A stretch of DNA of 64,000 bases from a bacterium (lineage in GTDB: Bacteria; JACRDZ01; JAQUKH01). Positions 20,059 to 28,554 of this stretch are shown piece by piece. Position 1 is the first letter of the stretch, and each line of letters starts with the position of its first letter. Under the pieces are notes generated by a model. That model searched no databases and was not told where the DNA came from. It saw only the letters and a program-made list of their open reading frames with translations. The DNA lies in contig JAQUKH010000003.1 in assembly GCA_028719205.1 (NCBI GenBank), positions 62,001 through 126,000 on the forward strand, written 5' to 3'. Position numbers and translations under genes: made by a program.

Positions 20059-20913
20059 TTATTTTATTCCGTTGGCTATTTTTGCCGATTTTACGGTGTT
20101 AAGCATAAGCATTGTTATAGTCATGGGCCCGACTCCGCCTGGTACCGGGGTTATCTTGGATGTAATATCCTTTACATCATCAAAATCCACATCTCCGCAG
20201 AGGGTGCCGTCAGGCAGCCTGTTAACACCAACATCTATAACTACCGCGCCTTTCTTAATATATTCTTTTGTAACCATTTTTGGTTTTCCGATCGCTGCTA
20301 TTAAAATATCAGCACGCCGGCATACAGAAGGCAAGTCCTTTGTTTTTGAATGACAGATCGTTACAGTCGCGTTTTCCTGCATTAAAAGCATCGCGACAGG
20401 TTTTCCGACAATATTACTTCTTCCGATAATTACAGCTTCTTTTCCAGCCATATGGACTTTGGAATGTTCCAGCAGTTTTATTACCCCATAAGGTGTGCAC
20501 GCGACAAATGTCGGCAAACCAGCGACAAGTTTTCCGACATTGTAAGGATGAAATCCATCCACGTCTTTTTCAGGGACTATAGTTTCTAATACCAGATTTG
20601 TATTTATCTGATCAGGCAGAGGTAATTGGACCAGGATCCCGTTTATTTTGGGATCAGCATTTAAACTCTTTATTAACTCAAGTAGTGAGTCCTGTGACGT
20701 ATTTTCTTCAAGTTTGTGCTCTTCAGAATAAATACCAAGGTTGGCGCAAGCCTTTTGTTTCATACTGACATAAACTTTGGAAGCAGGATTACTGCCTACA
20801 ATAATAACCGCGAGCCCGGGAGTAATTCCTTTATATCTAAGCTGGTCAACTTCCAGTTTAATTTTAGACTGTATATCATTACTTATTTTCTTACCATCGA
20901 TAATTTCAAACAT
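20059..20913 (-). CDS. folD: Bifunctional methylene-THF dehydrogenase/cyclohydrolase
   Basis: YVSMK, KDVDGFH, GRSNIVGKP, TPVPGGVGPMT; start at MFEIIDG behind AAGGAG. Confidence 0.97.
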   Translation of the reverse strand: MFEIIDGKKISNDIQSKIKLEVDQLRYKGITPGLAVIIVGSNPASKVYVSMKQKACANLGIYSEEHKLEENTSQDSLLELIKSLNADPKINGILVQLPLPDQINTNLVLETIVPEKDVDGFHPYNVGKLVAGLPTFVACTPYGVIKLLEHSKVHMAGKEAVIIGRSNIVGKPVAMLLMQENATVTICHSKTKDLPSVCRRADILIAAIGKPKMVTKEYIKKGAVVIDVGVNRLPDGTLCGDVDFDDVKDITSKITPVPGGVGPMTITMLMLNTVKSAKIANGIK

Positions 20914-21697
20914 TTTTATTCTCCTTAAGTTTTTTTTCCAAATTATCAATTATAACTTTTATCTCTTTTGTTATTTTACTGTTTTTGTCAAAATGATAAT
21001 TTCCAGTTTGATCCTGTTTAAGTATATCCTGGTCGAATGAGATAAATCCCAGTACCGGTAATTTGATCTCATTCTGTATTTTATTTATATCATCATCCGT
21101 TCGTATCCGGTTGATAACGACAAAAACATTTTTTATAGCCAGTTCTTTCGCTAATCGTTCTATGGTATAGGCTGTCTGTAAACTTTTTTTGCCGGAATCA
21201 ATTACAATGATAAGAGCGTCGACAGATTCTGAAGTACCCCGGCTGAGATGTTCAATACCTGCCTCCATATCAATTAAAACAATCTCCTGCATATTTACTA
21301 AGAGATGTTTCAATAAGGTTTTTAAAAGAGCGTTTTCAGGACAGAAACATCCGCCTCCGCCTGTTTTTAATCCGCCCAAAACAAGCAATTTTATGCCATC
21401 ACTTATACTTTTACTATACTTTTCAGGGATGTCATCCACCTTAGGATTCATCCTGAAAAAAGGGCTGTGTATACCGGGTTTTGTCCCGGTTCTTTCAGCA
21501 ATGAGCTCCTTCATTTCTGAAAGAGGAACTATCTCTTTTGTTTCTTTTAAACTTAAACCTAATGATAATCCCAGGTTTGAATCAGGATCAGCATCGAGGG
21601 CTAATACTTTATTTCCTTTAGAAGCAAAAGTAAAAGCAAGCAAACTGACTAATGTTGTTTTTCCAACTCCGCCTTTTCCTGATACAGCAATTTTCAT
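20906..21697 (-). CDS. cooC: Second CooC-family nickel-insertion ATPase
   Basis: GKGGVGKT, DADPD, GGGCFCPE, DMEAGIEH. Confidence 0.93.
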   Translation of the reverse strand: MKIAVSGKGGVGKTTLVSLLAFTFASKGNKVLALDADPDSNLGLSLGLSLKETKEIVPLSEMKELIAERTGTKPGIHSPFFRMNPKVDDIPEKYSKSISDGIKLLVLGGLKTGGGGCFCPENALLKTLLKHLLVNMQEIVLIDMEAGIEHLSRGTSESVDALIIVIDSGKKSLQTAYTIERLAKELAIKNVFVVINRIRTDDDINKIQNEIKLPVLGFISFDQDILKQDQTGNYHFDKNSKITKEIKVIIDNLEKKLKENKNV

Positions 21698-21864
21698 AAA
21701 TATTTTGTTTTTTAAACAGTTTGAACCGTTTAACTCAAGTTTACATCTACAGTTATAGATAGTACATTCTAAATCATATTTAAATTATATAATAATATTT
21801 CTATTTGAAAGGTTGTTTTCCTGGTTGGATGGTAAAAAATATATTGTCAATGGTAATCCTGAGA

Positions 21865-22377
21865 TTACTTGATTTCCAGATATTTTTTGATCTCATCTTC
21901 GATCTTTGGATTATAGCCGATATTCCTGTTTTTAATTTGGCCTTCATTATCCAGAAAGAAGGTGGTAGGAACAGCTTTTATTCCGCCATAAGCGGACGAT
22001 AAATCAGAATTAGACATCATAATTTTAATCAGCAGATTATTTTCTTTATTAAATTTAATAACTTCAGCAACATTTTCATCGACACTAAAAGCAATAATAG
22101 ATAATCCCTTATCTTTATATTTTGGATAATATTTTTCAAGTTCAGCCAGTTCCTGCCGGCAGGAGGGGCACCATGTTGCCCAGAAAAGAAAGAGAGTAAG
22201 TTTACCATTAACAAGGGTTTTTACTTCAACATCTTTACCGTCCAAATCTTTGACAGTTACATTTGGTACATATTTTTTACTTACATTTGTAGATTCAGTG
22301 CCGGCATTGTTGTTAAAAAATAAAACAACTGATACCACACCGATCAGGATTATTGTTATTAGTAATATTTTTTTCAT
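21865..22377 (-). CDS. TlpA/ResA-family membrane-anchored thiol-disulfide oxidoreductase
   Basis: N-terminal TM segment, FWATWCPSC, cis-Pro VPTT. Confidence 0.9.
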   Translation of the reverse strand: MKKILLITIILIGVVSVVLFFNNNAGTESTNVSKKYVPNVTVKDLDGKDVEVKTLVNGKLTLFLFWATWCPSCRQELAELEKYYPKYKDKGLSIIAFSVDENVAEVIKFNKENNLLIKIMMSNSDLSSAYGGIKAVPTTFFLDNEGQIKNRNIGYNPKIEDEIKKYLEIK

Positions 22378-22401
22378 TCCGCTTTTTTCCCCAACAGGAA
22401 A

Positions 22402-23328
22402 TTAAGAAATTTCGCTCAAATATTTTTCAACGGCCATTGCCGCCGTAGCTCCATCTCCGACGGCTGTAACTACCTGTCTTAAAAACTTTTTTCTTATATC
22501 CCCCGCCGCGAAAATACCGGGAATATCCGTTTTCATTTCATCATCTGTAATTATATAGCCTTTTTCATCCGTTTGCACTATTTTTTTTAATAAATCAGTA
22601 TTAGGTTTATGTCCCGCGTAAATAAATATTCCGGAGCAATCAATAAATGAAATTCCTTTAGTTTGGACATTTTCTATTTTTATTTTTTCGACCTGATTAT
22701 TTCCAGCGATTTCTTTTACTATTGAATTCAAAACGATTGTGATTTTGGGCTGTTTTAAAATGCGTTCCTGAAGTATTTTTCCCCCGCGGAATTCGTCGCG
22801 CCTGTGTATCAAATAAACTTTATTCGTGAATTTTGTAAGGAAAATAGCTTCTTCAAGGGCCGCATTGCCTCCCCCGACCACAGCAACATCTTTATTCTTG
22901 AAAAAAGCGCCGTCACAGGTCGCGCAGTAGGAAACGCCTCTTCCCCTGTATTTTTTTTCGCCGGGAACTTCCAGTTCATTAGGTTTCGCGCCGGCCGCGA
23001 TAATGATCGCGTCGCATTGAATATTTGTTCCGTCTTCCAGAACAATTATTTTTTCTTTAGCACCTGCGTTTTTTATTTCAGCTACCTGCCCGAATTCTAT
23101 TTTTGAGCCGAAATGTTTTGCCTGTTTTTCCATATTACTCATCAGGTCAGGGCCTTTTATCCCGTCAGGGTAACCCGGATAATTTTCAATAATATCTGTA
23201 GTGGCCGCCTGCCCGCCAGTACCTGTGCTTTCCAGAATTAAAGTAGAGAGAAATGCGCGGCTGGTATAAATCCCGGCAGACAATCCCGCCGGCCCACCGC
23301 CGATTATTACGACTTGGTATTTTTCCAT
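22402..23328 (-). CDS. trxB: Thioredoxin-disulfide reductase
   Basis: GGGPAG, SYCATCDG, GGGNAA, FAAGD. Confidence 0.97.
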   Translation of the reverse strand: MEKYQVVIIGGGPAGLSAGIYTSRAFLSTLILESTGTGGQAATTDIIENYPGYPDGIKGPDLMSNMEKQAKHFGSKIEFGQVAEIKNAGAKEKIIVLEDGTNIQCDAIIIAAGAKPNELEVPGEKKYRGRGVSYCATCDGAFFKNKDVAVVGGGNAALEEAIFLTKFTNKVYLIHRRDEFRGGKILQERILKQPKITIVLNSIVKEIAGNNQVEKIKIENVQTKGISFIDCSGIFIYAGHKPNTDLLKKIVQTDEKGYIITDDEMKTDIPGIFAAGDIRKKFLRQVVTAVGDGATAAMAVEKYLSEIS

Positions 23329-23359
23329 TTATTTAGTCTCCATATTTATATTATTGAAG

Positions 23360-23379
23360 CAAGGGGTCATGACCCCTTG
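23360..23379. repeat. Island palindrome copy 1
   Basis: CAAGGGGTCATGACCCCTTG, followed by TCTTT. Confidence 0.9.
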
Positions 23380-23468
23380 TCTTTATATTAGGATAATAAT
23401 ATACCATATTATGTTTCGGTTGACAAAAGAAATATGGGGGAGGGGGCGCAAATATATTGTATATTGAA

Positions 23469-23490
23469 ACAAGGGGTCATGACCCCTTGT
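23469..23490. repeat. Island palindrome copy 2
   Basis: ACAAGGGGTCATGACCCCTTGT, followed by CTTA. Confidence 0.9.
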
Positions 23491-23749
23491 CTTATTTCGG
23501 AGATTAAGATTAAAAATGCTTGACAAAACAATGGGGTGATATAAGATATAAAAGTAAGGAATTAAGAAAATAACTGTAAATTTGATATATGCACCTAAAA
23601 TGTTAATGGATATGATTTCTCTCTGTAATTTAAGAGAATAGGACATATCAATTCAAATATTATCTTGTCGGTTTAGCTGATTCTAAAAACTTTGATTGTA
23701 AAATGCCATTTTGAAAATGTCTAAGAGAAAAAGAAAGAAATATGAAAGA

Positions 23750-24871
23750 ATGAAAAGTGATAAAATATTAATTTGTGTTAGCTTAATCATTTTTTATATG
23801 ATTATGAGCGTATCGTATGCCGAATTGACTACTTCCCAAATTGCCAATGAATATTCTGCATCAGTGGTAACTATAGTTGCATTAGATGAAAATGATCAAC
23901 CTCTATCGTTAGGTAGTGGATTTTTTATAAGTTCTGATGGCGAAATTGCGACTAATCATCATGTTCTTGAAGGCTGTTCCAAAGCAATTATAAAAACAAC
24001 AAAAGGAGATAGAGGAGATATTATTGAAATTATAAAAGATGATCCTGTGTTAGATTTACTTGTTGCTAAAACTTCGCTTAAAAATACAAAACCTTTGCCT
24101 TTGGGAGATTCAGACATACTAGTAGCTGGTGAGGATATTGTTGCAATAGGAAATCCTGCAGGTTTAGAAGGAACTATATCAAAAGGTATTATCAGTGGAA
24201 TTAGAAAAAGTGGCGTTGTAAAGTTTATACAAATTACAGCTCCAATATCACCGGGGAGTAGTGGTGGGCCTGTATTTAATTTAAAAGGAAAAGTAATTGG
24301 AATTGCGACAGCATATCTTGATGTGGGGCAGAACCTTAATTTTGCCATGCCTATCAATTATCTAAAATTACTCGATTCTAAAAAAATACAATTAAATGCT
24401 TTACAAAAAGCCGCGTCTTCAAAGGATATTGAAAATGCATCTCAAATTGAAGCAACCCAAATTTATTATAATCAGTGTGACGATGGTACTTCGTTATGTA
24501 GTATCGATTTTGTATTAAAAAACAATAGTAATTATTTAATTAAAAATATAAAGCTATTATTTATTTATAAAACACACCATAAGGAATACCCTGAAGAATA
24601 TAATAATTATAATCTTTCATATGATGAACGACAGAAAATAAAGCCCACAAAAGAATGGGATGAGGTTGTTAGTTACTCGGCATCTACGATAGGAAAAACT
24701 ATATTGCCTAATCTAGCATTACAATTTTCTCACGAACATGTGGTGAAACATTATATGTATAAAAATCAATTTAATACTTTTGAAACAAGAGGATACGTAG
24801 AAATAAGGGTTTTAGACTATGACATTGAAAGATCGGCAGGGTCATCAACAATAGACCTACTGTTGAAATAA
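23750..24871 (+). CDS. Secreted trypsin-like (S1C) serine protease with non-PDZ C-terminal domain
   Basis: Signal peptide; GSGFF, TNHHV, DLL, ISPGSSGGP triad motifs; start uncertain between 23711 and 23750. Confidence 0.88.
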   Translation: MKSDKILICVSLIIFYMIMSVSYAELTTSQIANEYSASVVTIVALDENDQPLSLGSGFFISSDGEIATNHHVLEGCSKAIIKTTKGDRGDIIEIIKDDPVLDLLVAKTSLKNTKPLPLGDSDILVAGEDIVAIGNPAGLEGTISKGIISGIRKSGVVKFIQITAPISPGSSGGPVFNLKGKVIGIATAYLDVGQNLNFAMPINYLKLLDSKKIQLNALQKAASSKDIENASQIEATQIYYNQCDDGTSLCSIDFVLKNNSNYLIKNIKLLFIYKTHHKEYPEEYNNYNLSYDERQKIKPTKEWDEVVSYSASTIGKTILPNLALQFSHEHVVKHYMYKNQFNTFETRGYVEIRVLDYDIERSAGSSTIDLLLK

Positions 24872-24949
24872 TTTTAAATAAAATTTTACCAAAAAATGCT
24901 AACGTATGATATTTTCTCGCAAGGGTTAGTTGACCATATTTAAAAACTT

Positions 24950-25660
24950 TTATTTTTTAATTAACTCCTGTTTTATCTTTTCATTTTCAACATATAATTT
25001 TTCAAGTTTTCTAATAAAACCATCATCTAATTTTACTATGGGATAATCTTTAATAACTTTTTCAAATAAATCTAGTAAACCATAAGAAATATTAGCAATC
25101 CACCATAACCGGTGTTTTGTGAATAATATATCCACTTCATCAAGAAATGTTATAGTTCTTAGATTCTCTGCAAAATTACAATTATTTAGAGTTTGAGCTA
25201 TATTTGGATGAGCAGAATTTTTATTTATTATATCCTTCATATCTTTTATTTTTTCTGAGTAACTCCTATACTTTTCATCGAGCCATTTATAGGCCTTATC
25301 CTTTACTTTATCATTTGGATTTAAAATTCCATCAGTATTAACCGTTCCAAATTCATTTGTATTAGCTTCAAATAACCCATAGCATGCAAGAACAGCTGAT
25401 TCTAATGCATGCCGTAACATCAAATTCATTTGTACATCATGTTTTCTTAATGTTGATAATAATGCAAGGGTTAATGATTTTTGCACCTGAGACAAAAAAT
25501 AAATAAAATTTAAGGCTTTATCTTCATAACCTTCAACAAATTCCCAAAGTAAACCGACAAAATCATTTGCATTAACAAGCACACATCCATATTCTATAAG
25601 GGCTTTTTTAATTTGTTCATTTTCAAGTACTGCTGCGGTTTCAATTTGAAAGTATTTCAT
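24950..25660 (-). CDS. Hypothetical helical protein, possibly HEPN/DUF5677-like
   Basis: LRHALES motif and late SAHPN motif; starts 2 nt after the upstream gene; fold call is tentative. Confidence 0.55.
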   Translation of the reverse strand: MKYFQIETAAVLENEQIKKALIEYGCVLVNANDFVGLLWEFVEGYEDKALNFIYFLSQVQKSLTLALLSTLRKHDVQMNLMLRHALESAVLACYGLFEANTNEFGTVNTDGILNPNDKVKDKAYKWLDEKYRSYSEKIKDMKDIINKNSAHPNIAQTLNNCNFAENLRTITFLDEVDILFTKHRLWWIANISYGLLDLFEKVIKDYPIVKLDDGFIRKLEKLYVENEKIKQELIKK

Positions 25661-25662
25661 GT

Positions 25663-26499
25663 TTAAAGTATTTTTTCAAATTTTTTTAAGTCAATTGCTA
25701 AGTCCTCAAAATTTAGTTCGTCTTTACTGACTTTTCTATTATGGTATTTTGCAAAATATATTAATTTGCTTAATTCTTTTAGTTTATCAATATGCTTGTT
25801 AAGGTTATATGTAACATTTTTTTGTATTTCAGATAATTTATTTTGAGGTAAATTGATATAGTTCAGAATAGAGTAGAAATCAAAACACGAATTGCCGTCT
25901 ATATCCTTAAAAAAAGACTTGTTAAGATAATCGTTACCTAAAGTTTTAAAATAAAGCAAAAGTTTATAGCCAATAAGTATCCTGGGATTTTCTGCTTTTT
26001 TTTCTAATTTAACGGCTTCAAGATAAGCTTCACTAAAAACGAATAAACTGGTAGTTAAAGAGTTAATTTCTTTTTCATAATGTGCGCCGATAGAAATACC
26101 ACCTCTAATAACATACCCAGTTTGTTCTATAAACTCCATACAAAAGTTCCCTATAAGCATAAAATATAAATAAATACAATCGGAAATAACATTTTCTTTC
26201 GAAAAATTAGAATAAGAAAAATCTATCTTATTTAATGGTAAAGTAAACAAAATACTATCCGAAATAAACCTGACATTTATGATATTAAAAACTTTCTCCC
26301 AATAATTTTTTAGCTCGGTAACATCGGAAACAGGGACATTTTTCAACATTACTGCCAGATATTTATTTTTAAATTCACTTGTTTCATTAATCAATATATC
26401 CTCTATTCCTTGAATTGATTCAATATTATCTTTGAGTTTTTCTACAAGTTCCCCATATCCTAATATATCTATATATCCAACTATTGCCTTATCAATCAT
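25663..26499 (-). CDS. Class III nucleotidyl cyclase-fold protein
   Basis: YIDILGY, FISDS, IRGGISIG, AYLEAVKLEKKAENPRIL. Confidence 0.65.
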   Translation of the reverse strand: MIDKAIVGYIDILGYGELVEKLKDNIESIQGIEDILINETSEFKNKYLAVMLKNVPVSDVTELKNYWEKVFNIINVRFISDSILFTLPLNKIDFSYSNFSKENVISDCIYLYFMLIGNFCMEFIEQTGYVIRGGISIGAHYEKEINSLTTSLFVFSEAYLEAVKLEKKAENPRILIGYKLLLYFKTLGNDYLNKSFFKDIDGNSCFDFYSILNYINLPQNKLSEIQKNVTYNLNKHIDKLKELSKLIYFAKYHNRKVSKDELNFEDLAIDLKKFEKIL

Positions 26500-26562
26500 A
26501 AATAATCCTTTCCCTTTGTATTATAACTCAAACACGGGAATTTACATCCTTTCATTTCTGAT

Positions 26563-26964
26563 TTAACAAGGGGTCATGACCCCTTGTCTTTGTGTAATGG
26601 TAACCCCTTGCTTTTCGGCCATTTGTCCTTGGGTATTCCCATGATTGATATTGTATTTTCGTGAACTGATTGATTTTAGTTTTTGTACTATTAAATCCCG
26701 TTCTGATTCTTTGCATACCAGTAAAAGATGAACATGATCTTGGCAGATGTTGTAGGCTATAATTCGTAGTTTCTCTTGATGGGCGATTGATGCGATATAT
26801 TTGGTTATTTCTATTCCGTCTTGATCATCCAGCAAAATGGGTTCAACAAACGGCTGCATTCCTTTGTCGATACGCGATTGTTTGATCACTGCTTCGAATT
26901 CAATCATTCTTTCGCTTACGCGGCTATTGTGTGTAGCCCAAGTAATATGATAAACTTTATACAT
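26563..26964 (-). pseudogene. Truncated IS200/RAYT-like HUH Y1 transposase
   Basis: YHITWATHNSR, DHVHLL (HUH), VQKLKSISSR; the ORF ends at palindrome copy 3 before any catalytic-Tyr helix. Confidence 0.8.
26566..26587. repeat. Island palindrome copy 3
   Basis: ACAAGGGGTCATGACCCCTTGT, followed by CTTT. Confidence 0.9.
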
Positions 26965-26977
26965 ATTAATTAATGAA

Positions 26978-26999
26978 ACAAGGGGTCATGACCCCTTGT
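26978..26999. repeat. Island palindrome copy 4
   Basis: ACAAGGGGTCATGACCCCTTGT, followed by CTTT; lies between the nnr stop and the transposase start. Confidence 0.9.
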
Positions 27000-27001
27000 C
27001 T

Positions 27002-28552
27002 TTACGTTATAATTAACCTCATTGCTTTATAAAAATTCTCTGGCAAATCCTTTGCAGTAAAACCCGTTATTCCTTTTTTCTCCGCCAGTAAATCACCAGT
27101 TTTCCCATGCAAAAAACATGCAAGTTTTAAAGCGTCAGCGGGGCTTAATTTCTGGCCTGAAAAGGAGACAACCATTCCGGCTAATACGTCACCCATGCCG
27201 GCCTGCGCCATGCCGGGATTGCCTGTGGGATTAATGAACTGCTCTCCGTTCGGCAGGGAGATAATTGAATAAGCGCCTTTAAGTACAAGATAAATATTAT
27301 GTTTTTTAGCAAAGTTACGGCTTATTGTTAAACGGTTTGCTTGAACTTCATTTGAAGTTATTTTTGATAATCTGCCCATTTCTCCGGGATGAGGTGTTAG
27401 AAGTGTGGGATATTTTCTTTTTCTTAAAATAGATATATTTTCTGAAAGGGCGTTCAGCCCATCGGCGTCAATTACCAGCGGTTTATCTATCTTTTCTGTT
27501 AAAATATTTATTAATTTTATTGTTTCTTCATCCTGCGACATTCCGGGCCCTAATAAAACTGCATCTTTTGTTTCTGCCAGTTTTAATATTTTTCCTAAAG
27601 AGGAAAGGGCGAAGCTCTTGTTCTTGGTTTCAGGCATTGGATGCAGAATAATTTCAGTTACGCGTTTGCTTAAAGAATTATAAAGTGATTCAGGAACCGC
27701 GAGTTCAACAAGGCCCGCGCCGCTTTTTAAAGCCGCTTGAGCTGCAAGGAGAGGCGCCCCTATATAATTCTTTGAGCCGGCTATAATAAGGACCTTACCC
27801 CTTGAACCTTTGTGTGTGGAGGCCGGCCATGAAGGAATAAGCGGTTTAATGTCTTTTTTTTCTAAAAGATTAATTAAAATCTTATTGTTATTTAAAAGCT
27901 CCGGTGGAAATCCTAGTTTTATAACTTCGAGTTTTCCCGTAAAATCTATCGCGGGCGGCATAAATAATCCGGGTTTTGGCAGATCCATTGTTATAGTTAA
28001 ATACGCTTTTACAGCGATTGTTTCTATTTGTCCTGTATTTGCGTCTACACCGGAAGGGATATCAAGTGAGATTACAGTCCTTTGAGATCTATTTATTGAT
28101 TCAATTACTTTTTGGTGAAGGTCAGGCATTATGCCTTTAAATCCTATTCCAAATATCGCGTCAATTATCAGATCGCAATCTTGCAAATATTTATTTATAA
28201 TACTGACATTTTTCTGAGTAAGAAGGGTGATATCAAATCCGGATTTATGAAGGATATCAAGATTTGTTTTAGCCTCATTTTTAAATTTAGCTGGGTTTGA
28301 TAAAAGAAAAATTTTTAAACTGGCATTAGAAATAAAACTAAAGTGCCTTGCAAGGCATAATCCGTCGCCGCCATTGTTTCCATGCCCCGCGAAAACTATT
28401 ATTTCTTTATTTTCAAGATCGCCGAAATAATTATTAATAATTTTATTTGAAGCCCGGCCCGCATTTTCCATCAAAATGATACCGGGTATGTTATATTTTT
28501 TCAGGGCAAGATGGTCAATATTTTTTATTTCATCTGGAAAAGGGATTTTCAT
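27002..28552 (-). CDS. nnr: Bifunctional NAD(P)H-hydrate epimerase/dehydratase
   Basis: MENAG, GNNGGDG, DIPSG; HKGSRG, DADGL, TPHPGE, GMGDVLAG. Confidence 0.96.
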   Translation of the reverse strand: MKIPFPDEIKNIDHLALKKYNIPGIILMENAGRASNKIINNYFGDLENKEIIVFAGHGNNGGDGLCLARHFSFISNASLKIFLLSNPAKFKNEAKTNLDILHKSGFDITLLTQKNVSIINKYLQDCDLIIDAIFGIGFKGIMPDLHQKVIESINRSQRTVISLDIPSGVDANTGQIETIAVKAYLTITMDLPKPGLFMPPAIDFTGKLEVIKLGFPPELLNNNKILINLLEKKDIKPLIPSWPASTHKGSRGKVLIIAGSKNYIGAPLLAAQAALKSGAGLVELAVPESLYNSLSKRVTEIILHPMPETKNKSFALSSLGKILKLAETKDAVLLGPGMSQDEETIKLINILTEKIDKPLVIDADGLNALSENISILRKRKYPTLLTPHPGEMGRLSKITSNEVQANRLTISRNFAKKHNIYLVLKGAYSIISLPNGEQFINPTGNPGMAQAGMGDVLAGMVVSFSGQKLSPADALKLACFLHGKTGDLLAEKKGITGFTAKDLPENFYKAMRLIIT

Positions 28553-28554
28553 AA

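Noticed and set aside
23383-23646. 87 aa ORF as the missing transposase C-terminus
   Set aside because: No W-x-x-x-F or catalytic-Tyr helix motif; it spans a repeat and promoter-like AT-rich DNA
24897-24931. Integron attC-like site (TGCTAAC...GTTAGTT) after the protease
   Set aside because: Only 35 bp, no inner L boxes, single copy, and no integron integrase in the window
23351-27003. CRISPR array from the repeated palindromes
   Set aside because: Only four copies, with spacing from about 90 bp to 3 kb and whole genes in between; no cas genes
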